IMG/VR virus record: IMGVR_UViG_3300023055_000202
Location: 1 to 36,980 of that record
Source of the DNA: a virus
Taxonomy: Duplodnaviria > Caudoviricetes
DNA length: 36,980 nt
Strand: one strand, 5' to 3'
Shown here: in pieces, positions 1-8,039 of the stretch
Layout: every line of letters starts with the position of its first letter
Position numbering within the stretch: position 1 is the stretch's first letter
Position numbers and translations under genes: made by a program
Notes under the pieces: generated by a model
Told to the model about the DNA's origin: nothing
Seen by the model: the letters and a program-made list of their open reading frames with translations, nothing else
The model's database searches: none

Positions 1-35
1 TTCTTTATATTACCATATTTTGAATTATAAATGAA

Positions 36-79
36 AAAGAAGGAGCTTTAGCAAAAATATTACTAAATGCTCCTTCTTT
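36..79 (-). terminator. Intrinsic terminator downstream of the host methyltransferase (possibly bidirectional)
   Basis: AAAGAAGGAGC (36-46) and GCTCCTTCTTT (69-79) form an inverted repeat, with a T-run on the minus strand just after the stop at 81. Confidence 0.75.
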
Positions 80-80
80 A

Positions 81-875
81 TTAGTTGGAGGTAATCATCA
101 CACCATAATGAAATTTTGCCGTCAATCGCTCATATCGTTGAAACTGATACTTGGCAAACCATTCTGAACGAAAATGAGCTTTTAACACAACCCGTTTTTT
201 TGCCACACGTTTTGCTTCACATACCCATTCATCTGTTAATGAAGCATGCTCTCCAGCTATTCGGAGCGCCTCAAAATTAGTAGCTTCATCAATAATCTCC
301 TCAAACATTGGGTCCATGTAGACAACATCAAAAGATTTGTCCGGTAATTTTTTCAAGTAACGAGTGGCTTCATCTTGAACTACCTCAATATGACGCATAC
401 ACGCCGTTAATGGTAGCTCTGTTGTATCATAGGTTTGCATCCCCTGTTTCACAATAAACGCCACATTTGGATTTGCCTCAAGCCCCACGACACGCCCTTT
501 TCCACCAACTGTATATGCGGCAAGCATAGCATCCGCAGCAAGTCCAAGTGTACAATCAAGCAATGAATCGCCTATTTCCAGCTGTGCCGCTTCTAAAAAT
601 GGCTCCTCTTCTCCACGAGCTACACGCTTTAAGCGAAATGCTGCTGAATTGGGATGGAAGAAAAATGGTTCATTTGTGCCCAAAGCATAGTATTCAAAGC
701 GATTTTTTCCAGCAACTATTACATGTGCCCGATGTTCCTCCGAGATTTTACGAATAGAACGTTTTTTTCGTGGCTCAAAGAAAGCCCCTAATTCATTACA
801 AGCAAAAGCAGCGAGCGCCATCGATACATCGTCTGGTCTGCCCGCTGTCGTGACAATAGTCTTTATTTCTCGCAT
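81..875 (-). CDS. Class I SAM-dependent methyltransferase, YpiP/RsmJ-like (host gene)
   Basis: Motifs LDCTLGLAAD and VYMDPMF; overlaps the brxA 3' end, matching the yphP-ypiP pairing of Bacillus. Confidence 0.85.
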   Translation of the reverse strand: MREIKTIVTTAGRPDDVSMALAAFACNELGAFFEPRKKRSIRKISEEHRAHVIVAGKNRFEYYALGTNEPFFFHPNSAAFRLKRVARGEEEPFLEAAQLEIGDSLLDCTLGLAADAMLAAYTVGGKGRVVGLEANPNVAFIVKQGMQTYDTTELPLTACMRHIEVVQDEATRYLKKLPDKSFDVVYMDPMFEEIIDEATNFEALRIAGEHASLTDEWVCEAKRVAKKRVVLKAHFRSEWFAKYQFQRYERLTAKFHYGVMITSN

Positions 876-1294
876 GTTTGCTCTAAAACACCTGTTAAAT
901 GAGTAACGATTTGTTCCACTGGAAACCCTTCAATTTGTTCACGTGGAATAAAGTATGCTAATTCTCCATCCTTTAAAATCGCCATTGAAGGTGAGCTCGG
1001 TGGGACATCCTCAAAATAACTACGCATCGCTGCAGTCGCCTCCGGATCCTGACCTGCAAAAACCGTTACCAAATGATCAGGCTTCACCGCCGCCACAGCC
1101 TCACGAGCTGCCGGACGTGCCAGCCCCGCCGCACAACCACAAACCGAGTTAATCACCACCAACGAAGTCCCCTTCGTCTCCGCCATAAATTCATTCACCG
1201 CATCAGCCGTCGTCAGCTCCGTAAAGCCAGCCCCAACCAGCTCCTCACGCATCGGTTTCACAACCTGCTTCATATATTCATCGTAAGCGTTCAT
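863..1294 (-). CDS. brxA: Bacilliredoxin BrxA/BrxB family (YphP-like, host gene)
   Basis: NSVCGCAAGLARP (CGC motif), TVFAGQD and PPSSPS; start placed at MNAYDEY behind the RBS AAAGAGGG. Confidence 0.9.
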   Translation of the reverse strand: MNAYDEYMKQVVKPMREELVGAGFTELTTADAVNEFMAETKGTSLVVINSVCGCAAGLARPAAREAVAAVKPDHLVTVFAGQDPEATAAMRSYFEDVPPSSPSMAILKDGELAYFIPREQIEGFPVEQIVTHLTGVLEQTCEK

Positions 1295-1329
1295 GCTTTT
1301 ACCCTCTTTCATATGTATTCGCAAAGCTT

Positions 1330-1367
1330 ATTATAGCAAGGTTTCTCACGAATGTACAAAAACATGC
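1330..1367 (-). promoter_or_regulatory. SigA promoter of brxA with a possible Spx element
   Basis: TTGTAC-18 bp-TATAAT with a TGn extended -10; AGCA just upstream of the -35, as in Spx-activated promoters. Confidence 0.55.
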
Positions 1368-1400
1368 TTTTATCTAATTTCGCAGGTTTTCGGGGGAAAT

Positions 1401-1469
1401 GTGACTTTTTTGTGATTTTGGTGACTTTTTTGTGTAACGAAGTGTTGTTAAAATTCGGGTCGTTACACA
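1401..1469. repeat. Putative att-arm region with direct and inverted repeats
   Basis: GTGACTTTTTTGTG at 1401-1414 and 1421-1434; TGTGTAACGA (1431-1440) is inverted to TCGTTACACA (1460-1469); located at the host/phage junction. Confidence 0.55.
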
Positions 1470-1508
1470 CCTAAAAAATGGAATTACTTAGTATATAAAT
1501 AATATAAG

Positions 1509-1546
1509 AAAGACCTGGTATCATTTTGAAAATGGCCCTGGTCATT
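1509..1546 (-). terminator. Terminator-like hairpin, related to the one at 2343-2380
   Basis: AAAGACC...CTGGTCATT imperfect inverted repeat downstream of the ORF ending at 1567. Confidence 0.45.
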
Positions 1547-1566
1547 TATTTATATGGCTTAAACGT

Positions 1567-1788
1567 CTAAAATTGATCACCAAAATTAACACATATTATA
1601 TTTTCATCATTATGAATCATCCTGATTACGTTGTAGCCTTGTTCTCGTAAAAGATTTAGGGCAATTTCATCTGTTAATGTCTCATGTTCTTCATGAGTCA
1701 AAAATAAGCTGGATAAACCTATAATCGCTAAATCATCTGGTTTACGTTTGAATAAAAAACGTACTGGCACTATTGTTTCGTAACTCAT
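1567..1788 (-). CDS. Small hypothetical protein (end moron)
   Basis: ORF with RBS GGTGGTGGAG before the ATG at 1788; no recognised motif. Confidence 0.6.
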   Translation of the reverse strand: MSYETIVPVRFLFKRKPDDLAIIGLSSLFLTHEEHETLTDEIALNLLREQGYNVIRMIHNDENIICVNFGDQF

Positions 1789-1968
1789 GATCTCCACCAC
1801 CTTTTACAGATATTTCTACATTGCATGGTGAATAACCTTCTTACTAACAATAAAATCAGATACTAACACTTTCATTTATTGGAATTACGGATATTGTTAT
1901 CTAATTTTTATATACAATTAAAAATAAATTTCCTAGAATGGTAAATAGTAGAATAGATAGGAAGGAGA

Positions 1969-2283
1969 TTGAAAATGAATACTTGCCCAAACTGTTTAGC
2001 CCAAAATTCTTTTAAAAAGTGTATACAAGATGATCACAGCTTAACTGTTTGTGAATATTGCAATTCAGTGATTGAAAAAATACCAATTTCGAGTGAAGAT
2101 ATTGTTGATGAGGATTTTTCTTCACCGAGGATATTTACATCTTCACTTGATCGCCCCCCAGTGTATGATGAAAAAAACATTGCTACATTTAATACTTTAA
2201 TAAAAATTACACTGCTTATCGGTTTAATAATATTTGTATGTGTAATAATATATAATGTTTATACATTTTCGTATTTCTTTTAA
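1969..2283 (+). CDS. Zinc-ribbon protein with C-terminal membrane anchor (moron, opposite strand)
   Basis: CPNC...CEYC motif, hydrophobic C-terminus, RBS GGAAGGAG, AT-rich. Confidence 0.75.
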   Translation: MKMNTCPNCLAQNSFKKCIQDDHSLTVCEYCNSVIEKIPISSEDIVDEDFSSPRIFTSSLDRPPVYDEKNIATFNTLIKITLLIGLIIFVCVIIYNVYTFSYFF

Positions 2284-2342
2284 TTCTCTTGACAAGTATT
2301 CTATTTTTTATTGTTCAACACAAATAAATGTTGTATCACACA

Positions 2343-2380
2343 AAAGACCAGCTCGGCTAAAAATAGCTTTGCTGGTCATT
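2343..2380 (-). terminator. Terminator after the endolysin
   Basis: Minus strand GACCAGC...GCTGGTC followed by TTTTG. Confidence 0.65.
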
Positions 2381-2423
2381 GATAATTATTAGATTAATTT
2401 CAACAGGTACCTTACTTATTAGA

Positions 2424-3092
2424 TTACTTTTTATCGTTTCTTCGCTGTTGAATAGTAATGTATAACCCAATTAAACGGTCAGTTGTCATTGTGTCATTCT
2501 GTAAATCTTTTAAATGCGATTCCTGAATGATGCCGTCTTTAACCGCCTGTGCAATAAAATTCTCCGTTTCGGTTTTCATAGCTGGGCTTCCTGGATTCCA
2601 TGTTTGAGCCACTTTAATTTCCTCCTTTTTATCCTCTACGATTAGTTGTACTTGCATTTTGCTGTTACTTGGTACGATTACTTGTCCTAATTTATAGCCT
2701 GCTGGCATCTTCCAGTTTGCTTTAACTTCGAAATGCGGTCGATCAATATTGCCTATCCATGAGCCACCCCATGTAATGCCAAGCTTTCGTGCAATAGCCC
2801 CTACTCGAGTAAGTGTAGCTACATCATATAAAGACTGTGGAGGACCAACAGCAATATCCCAAGCTAGGCGTGATTTGTGATTGCTAGTTAGTGTCCAGGT
2901 AACAATTTGCCCTGGTCTAGTACGACCCTGAGCATATAGGTATTTTTGGCGTTCCTGTGAGCGATATGTTTCAGTAATAAAGATGTTCTTTATACCAGCC
3001 TTGTAACACTCCTGGAATAATAATCGGCAAGCCGTTTGTGCTGCAGGTAATAGTTCGGCAAGATCTCGACATGTAGTAGTTACGCTAGTCAT
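2424..3092 (-). CDS. Endolysin, M15 family L-Ala-D-Glu peptidase (CwlK/Ply500-like)
   Basis: ETYRSQERQKYLYAQGRT, SNH...AWD and WGG...DRPHFE zinc-peptidase motifs; follows the holin. Confidence 0.9.
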   Translation of the reverse strand: MTSVTTTCRDLAELLPAAQTACRLLFQECYKAGIKNIFITETYRSQERQKYLYAQGRTRPGQIVTWTLTSNHKSRLAWDIAVGPPQSLYDVATLTRVGAIARKLGITWGGSWIGNIDRPHFEVKANWKMPAGYKLGQVIVPSNSKMQVQLIVEDKKEEIKVAQTWNPGSPAMKTETENFIAQAVKDGIIQESHLKDLQNDTMTTDRLIGLYITIQQRRNDKK

Positions 3093-3493
3093 TTCGCATC
3101 ACCTTCCCCTGTTTTATCCTTTACGATTGCTAAAATGTTTTTAATGAAGTCAGGTGTTGGCAAGCCCATCTTTGTGCCATTTTCCGTTATAGAAATAAAT
3201 TCGAGTACACAGAATGCAATGGCTGCTCCATCACCTGCGTACTCGATACCTGGAATAACTAGCGCAAGTAAATACACTGAGCTAACTAGCATTAAGTAAT
3301 AAATTTTTCGGATAATACCATTAAATCCAATACGACTGTTGAGGTTTTGATTAATGATTCCAGTCATAATCCCAGTCGCATAATCGATAGCCATAAAAGC
3401 GATTAAAACCGTTACAGCCATACCTAATCCATCCACTGAATAGGATACCAGTGTACCAATTACTCCACTTACTGCAGCAATCCATTTTTCCAT
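3089..3493 (-). CDS. Holin (toxin secretion/phage lysis holin family)
   Basis: IDYATG, LNSRIGFNGIIRK and EFISITEN..KMGLP motifs; transmembrane segments. Confidence 0.9.
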   Translation of the reverse strand: MEKWIAAVSGVIGTLVSYSVDGLGMAVTVLIAFMAIDYATGIMTGIINQNLNSRIGFNGIIRKIYYLMLVSSVYLLALVIPGIEYAGDGAAIAFCVLEFISITENGTKMGLPTPDFIKNILAIVKDKTGEGDAK

Positions 3494-3518
3494 TTGAACA
3501 CTTCCTTTTTCCAAAATA

Positions 3519-3549
3519 AAAAGGACATGTCTTATTGACGTATCCTTTT
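3519..3549 (-). terminator. Terminator between the methyltransferase and the holin
   Basis: Minus strand AAAGGATACGTC-AATAA-GACATGTCCTTT then TTATTTT. Confidence 0.6.
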
Positions 3550-4321
3550 AAATTTTTATAATTTCTACTTGATGTAGATTTAAATTTTGTCTATTTGCAT
3601 TAATACGTTCTTGACCTTTAAAACAATATTCCGTTTCTAATTCAAAACCAATCCAATTACGTCCTGTGTTATCACATGCTATAGCTGTCGTAAAACCACC
3701 CATACAATTGTCCAACACTGTTTCACCTTCGTTAGTGTAAGTAAGCACAAGGTACTCAAACAACGAAAGTGGTTTTTGTGTTGGATGCCAAGTGCCACTG
3801 TCACGCGGGAAATCTACTACTGACTTAGGGAAATTTTTCTTTCTAACAACATGGGGTTTATTCAAAGTGTTATTATTTTTTCCTAAGATTTGCATTCTAG
3901 GTGAATTTTTAATTACAACTTTCGGTTTAACATACTCAACATCTTGTGGATTATAAGTGGGTAATTTTTTGTAAAATATACATACATTTTCGTGGTTTTT
4001 TAACGGCATCCTATTAGCATTCGGGAACCCTGTAACGTACTTACCTTTCTTCCATATCCACTCATATCGGAATAACTTAAAATTTGACGCTACAAGCTTA
4101 CTTGTAAATGGTTGGCTTGCTGTTAATACAATTGCTCCGTTGTCTTTGATTATCCTCTCATATTGCTCCCACAAAGGTTCAAACGGAATGATAGAATCCC
4201 ACTTACAATTTGTAGTTCCGTATGGTAAATCACATAGAATCAAATCAATAGATTTGTCAGGTATGTACTTCATACCTTCTAGGCAATCCATATTGTAAAT
4301 CGTATTTTTGTTAATGTTCAT
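3548..4321 (-). CDS. Orphan DNA N6-adenine/N4-cytosine methyltransferase (beta class)
   Basis: DLPYG catalytic motif, HPTQKP, and VLDNCMGGFTT SAM-binding motif; no adjacent nuclease. Confidence 0.92.
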   Translation of the reverse strand: MNINKNTIYNMDCLEGMKYIPDKSIDLILCDLPYGTTNCKWDSIIPFEPLWEQYERIIKDNGAIVLTASQPFTSKLVASNFKLFRYEWIWKKGKYVTGFPNANRMPLKNHENVCIFYKKLPTYNPQDVEYVKPKVVIKNSPRMQILGKNNNTLNKPHVVRKKNFPKSVVDFPRDSGTWHPTQKPLSLFEYLVLTYTNEGETVLDNCMGGFTTAIACDNTGRNWIGFELETEYCFKGQERINANRQNLNLHQVEIIKI

Positions 4322-4360
4322 ATACTTTTTCCCTCCGATATGTAATAATGAATACCAGAT

Positions 4361-4376
4361 AGGAACATTAGTTCTT
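4361..4376. promoter_or_regulatory. LexA (SOS/Cheo) box upstream of the methyltransferase
   Basis: GAAC-ATTA-GTTC at 4363-4374, about 40 bp upstream of the ATG. Confidence 0.7.
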
Positions 4377-4387
4377 ATTTATGATTG

Positions 4388-4417
4388 AGAGGCTCATATT
4401 ATGTGAGCCTCTTTTTT
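4388..4417. terminator. Strong hairpin terminator
   Basis: AGAGGCTCATA-TTA-TGTGAGCCTCT followed by a T-run on the plus strand. Confidence 0.7.
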
Positions 4418-4454
4418 ACGTTTGAGTAATTTCCCAAACGCTTGGGAATATTGA

Positions 4455-4585
4455 TTATTCAGCTAAATCTCCATACCCTAAAAGCTCTAATTGACGCTTT
4501 ACTTTTGGTTGCACACGTGATGGCACTTGTGTATAGGTTTATCTCCCTCAATGATTAAAGCCACATAAATAACTGCGATAGGCAT
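4455..4585 (-). pseudogene. Frameshifted CD1375-like small tail-associated protein
   Basis: Strong RBS AAGGAGGTG; restoring one A near 4537 gives MPIAVIYVALIIEGDKTYTQVPSRVQPKVKRQLELLGYGDLAE; the span is 131 nt, one base short of in-frame. Confidence 0.65.
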
Positions 4586-4639
4586 ACAATCACCTCCTTC
4601 AAAGCAAGAAAAAGCCATAATAAAAACGCTTGAATGAGC

Positions 4640-4765
4640 TTACGCATTTGGCTCACCAGCGTTTAAAAGTTTTTTCACTTCTTTTTTTATATGGGCAGGT
4701 ACTTGTTCAATTGTTTTATCCCCATCTTTTACAAGTTGTGCATAAATGATTACGATTGGACTCAT
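4640..4765 (-). CDS. CD1375-like small protein (41 aa, not in the ORF track)
   Basis: MSPIVIIYAQLVKDGDKTIEQVPAHIKKEVKKLLNAGEPNA; ATGA overlap with the upstream gene. Confidence 0.75.
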   Translation of the reverse strand: MSPIVIIYAQLVKDGDKTIEQVPAHIKKEVKKLLNAGEPNA

Positions 4766-5013
4766 TTCGTTTCACCTACTTCCTCTGCAGCATAAATTGT
4801 TTCGTATAATTCAGTCACTACAAGCATCACATTCCGATTCAATTCACGAAATGCAAGATTTTCCTCATATAACTCTGTGACTGTCAGCATCAAACTTTTA
4901 TTGAGTGCTACAACTTGTTCTAACTGTAGCTCTTTTTGTCGTAATGCTTCCTCTTCCAGCCTAATTTCTTCAAGTGATTTTTGTACAAAAGGTATCATTC
5001 TTTTCAGCTCCAA
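4762..5013 (-). CDS. Small coiled-coil protein, probable fibre-associated chaperone
   Basis: Heptad pattern, repeated LMLTVTELYE/VMLVVTELYE; lies directly after the fibre gene. Confidence 0.6.
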   Translation of the reverse strand: MELKRMIPFVQKSLEEIRLEEEALRQKELQLEQVVALNKSLMLTVTELYEENLAFRELNRNVMLVVTELYETIYAAEEVGETK

Positions 5014-5016
5014 TCC

Positions 5017-7302
5017 TTAATCAAATGTCATACCTGCACCGTCAATCCAAATTTCACCCATCGAGTCATTTGAATTAATCACTACTCTAAATGCAACCGC
5101 AAAATTTGTGGATGTTTTATTCGTATTAGTAAATTCATAGTAATCTTGGCTTATAAATTTATTTGTTGCATCTTCCCATGTGGGTGAAGCATCTCCACCA
5201 TTATTAGTAACAAATACTTTTATATCTGCAGGGATCGCACCATCTTGAGCCATAGCATAATTTAAAGCAATTAATATACGGCGTGCTGCTACTGCCCCTG
5301 TGTAGATCGGTTTGGCCAATGTATCATAATCCAACACATTACCCACACGAATACGCCGAGAATTGGACCATACTCCACGTGCATTCGTTGTCGCATCGAT
5401 CGCAGCAATACGCCAAAACATGGTTGTCCATTTATTCAAATTCACTTGTAATGTATAAGCTACAGTCTGTCCTTCAGCACTGTTTGAAACGCCTGTTTGA
5501 GGTATATCCACCCCACCAACCTTCCATCCAGTACGATTGACGTTAGATGCAAATTCAAGTAGGTCTTGTGTAAATAGTGCATCTTTTGCAATTTGAATAA
5601 CAAAGTGCTGCTTATCTCCTTCAGGGTCTTTCCCTACAATTGCTTGTAATGTTGGTTTTGCAGATACACGATAATTATCTACTGGCAAAGTCAAAACAGG
5701 CGTTGACGGTGTTGCATTGGTTTGAAAATAAGCTTTTTGCGTTTGAGCTGTTAAGCCATTTGGGTCCCATACATCCAAAATAGCATAATAAGCCTTCCCA
5801 CTTTCCAATGCTCCTACAGGGATTTGGTGACGTTGTACATTTTGATAAATTCGATTAGAGTTATACACCAAAGAATTATCAGTTGTCTTATAAATTTTTA
5901 ATTGATAAGATGCTTGAGCTTCCAAGTCCAAATCAGTAAATGTCCAAGTAAACTCTGGTGACACACCTGTTCCCGCTGGATTTTCAGCATCGTTAGAGCC
6001 TGGTGATAAATCTGTCGCCATCGGTGCTCTATTTGGTAAAAAGAATTCTTGGAAACTATATTCACTCGCCACATCGTAACGATCAAATACACGGACTTGC
6101 CATTTGTAACGTACACCCCATTGCAATATGTTCTCTGGTACTGTGTAATAAGAGGCCGTTCCTGTCTTTTTACTAGAATCATGGATCAATTGATTATTTG
6201 TATCATAAATCAATACTTGATAAGCAGATTGTACATCTCCAACATCTGTATCTTGGAATGTCCAGACAAATACAGGCGATAATGTATCAATAATGGCCAA
6301 ATCTGATAAATTACCTTTTGGTTCGATAACTGATACGGTTGGAGCTGTATTAGTTATATTTAATGTAAATGTTTGAGATGTTGATTGCTTGCCATCATTA
6401 GCCGTTACTGTAATTATTACACTACCCATCGATTTTCCGGTTAATACTAAATTGCTACCTGAAATAGAAACTGTAGCAATATTAGTATTATTTGAGGATG
6501 CAGTATAAGATAAAGTATCTCCGTCAGGATCACTAAAATAATTTGCTAGATTAACAGTAATAGAAACATCTTTTTTAGTTGATTGTGTTGGAATCTGAGA
6601 GAAATTTGGAGCTGTATTGGCCACTACTACATTAAATGTTTGGGATGTAGATAAACTCCCATCACTAGCTGTGACGGTAATTGTTGCTGTACCAATCGCT
6701 TTTCCTGTTACCGTTAATGTACTTCCTGAAATGGATACTGTAGCAATATTGTTATTGTTAGATGATGTTGTATATGTTAAAGGATTTCCTTCAGCATCAC
6801 TAAAATAGTTTCCTAGTGCAACGGTTGCTGTTGTATTCTTTTTTACATTTTGTGTTGGTATTTGAGTATAATTTGGAGCTGTATTCACAATTGCCCCTCG
6901 TACATACCAAAATCCATCAGCATTTCGAGCATTATCAGTATAAGCTGAGTAATCAGCTTGGATAGTGCCGATTAATGATCCTCTTTCATTTACTGTTTCA
7001 CCTACTATATAGTGTTTATGCACATCGAAAACTCCTGAACCCAAAGGTTGGTACTCATTCATAATAGAAGTTAAACCACTACCGTCTGTCAAAAAATCAT
7101 ATACAAGTTGATTCCAATTTCCATCAATATAAGTACCCGCATTTGTAAAAGCACTAGGTTCACCTTTAGCGTCTAAAATAACCTTGTAACTAGAATATCC
7201 CCTTGTTTGAATTGGTCCTACCTTACTCCAGTTAAAATCTGTTTTTACTCGCTTTACTATACGAGAAGAATTATTATACTTATTCCAATAATAGAGTGCC
7301 AT
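5017..7302 (-). CDS. Tail fibre/adhesin-like protein with two Ig/cadherin-like repeats and FN3-like domains
   Basis: Two 89-aa repeats NTAPN..YFSD..G..L.Y...S; two P.F.WTF.D.D...Q..YQ domains; occupies the fibre position. Confidence 0.8.
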   Translation of the reverse strand: MALYYWNKYNNSSRIVKRVKTDFNWSKVGPIQTRGYSSYKVILDAKGEPSAFTNAGTYIDGNWNQLVYDFLTDGSGLTSIMNEYQPLGSGVFDVHKHYIVGETVNERGSLIGTIQADYSAYTDNARNADGFWYVRGAIVNTAPNYTQIPTQNVKKNTTATVALGNYFSDAEGNPLTYTTSSNNNNIATVSISGSTLTVTGKAIGTATITVTASDGSLSTSQTFNVVVANTAPNFSQIPTQSTKKDVSITVNLANYFSDPDGDTLSYTASSNNTNIATVSISGSNLVLTGKSMGSVIITVTANDGKQSTSQTFTLNITNTAPTVSVIEPKGNLSDLAIIDTLSPVFVWTFQDTDVGDVQSAYQVLIYDTNNQLIHDSSKKTGTASYYTVPENILQWGVRYKWQVRVFDRYDVASEYSFQEFFLPNRAPMATDLSPGSNDAENPAGTGVSPEFTWTFTDLDLEAQASYQLKIYKTTDNSLVYNSNRIYQNVQRHQIPVGALESGKAYYAILDVWDPNGLTAQTQKAYFQTNATPSTPVLTLPVDNYRVSAKPTLQAIVGKDPEGDKQHFVIQIAKDALFTQDLLEFASNVNRTGWKVGGVDIPQTGVSNSAEGQTVAYTLQVNLNKWTTMFWRIAAIDATTNARGVWSNSRRIRVGNVLDYDTLAKPIYTGAVAARRILIALNYAMAQDGAIPADIKVFVTNNGGDASPTWEDATNKFISQDYYEFTNTNKTSTNFAVAFRVVINSNDSMGEIWIDGAGMTFD

Positions 7303-7318
7303 CTATACCACCCTCCTT

Positions 7319-7684
7319 TTAAGGTAAATAGATTCGTTTATTTTGGGCATCAAACACGCCCTCTTTTAAGTTGAAGCTGTTAGCATTTGAAAAATCTTCT
7401 GATAAAATATTGGTTGTTAATCCACTTGTAACAGATGCTTTCAATAGTAAAAATTCAAAGAATAACTTTTTTATGGTTTGTTCTTCGCTTTCAAGGTATT
7501 CAACTATTTGCGTAATACGCTCATGTGCTTTATCAATACCTGTTTCAATATTATTTGCACGTGTTGGTGTGAATTTTGTGCCTTTACTTGAATTATCTCC
7601 TTCTGGATCATCTACTTTCGCACGCCAAAAAGTAGGAATATAATCGTAAATTGCATCTTTTAATGATTGAAAATTAAATGCCAT
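7319..7684 (-). CDS. Hypothetical baseplate/fibre protein
   Basis: ANNIETGI..AH motif typical of fibre-proximal proteins; gene position. Confidence 0.6.
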   Translation of the reverse strand: MAFNFQSLKDAIYDYIPTFWRAKVDDPEGDNSSKGTKFTPTRANNIETGIDKAHERITQIVEYLESEEQTIKKLFFEFLLLKASVTSGLTTNILSEDFSNANSFNLKEGVFDAQNKRIYLP

Positions 7685-7686
7685 TG

Positions 7687-8025
7687 TTATCCCTCCACCT
7701 TTTGTTTTATATCCACTAACCATTTAAAAGCCATTTGCCAGCCGTCATCATCTTTTTCATATTCAGGAAATGCCACACCCAGATGTATGCCGTTTTCATT
7801 TGTTACAACGACTTTTTCAACTGTCCCGACAGGTTCGTCCTCTAGCTCAATATAGTGTTTAAAAAAACCGTCACGGATAACTGTTTTCGTGATTGGGAAA
7901 ACAGTTTCTACTCCATTAACGGTTACTAATGCTTGTTTAATATGTTTAGCTGCATCGATTAAAATCAGCTCTCTAAATGCTTCGTTGGCTTCTACAATAA
8001 CGGTTAAACGTTCATTTTCAGTCAC
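7687..8025 (-). CDS. Hypothetical tail protein
   Basis: ORF with RBS AAGGAGGG inside the tail operon. Confidence 0.65.
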   Translation of the reverse strand: MTENERLTVIVEANEAFRELILIDAAKHIKQALVTVNGVETVFPITKTVIRDGFFKHYIELEDEPVGTVEKVVVTNENGIHLGVAFPEYEKDDDGWQMAFKWLVDIKQKVEG

Positions 8026-8039
8026 TATTTTTCCCTCCT

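Noticed and set aside
3548-4321. Restriction-modification system
   Set aside because: No cognate endonuclease or specificity gene nearby; it is an orphan MTase
4431-4448. Palindrome TTCCCAA-ACGC-TTGGGAA
   Set aside because: Single occurrence with no attributable function; possibly a minor hairpin or operator
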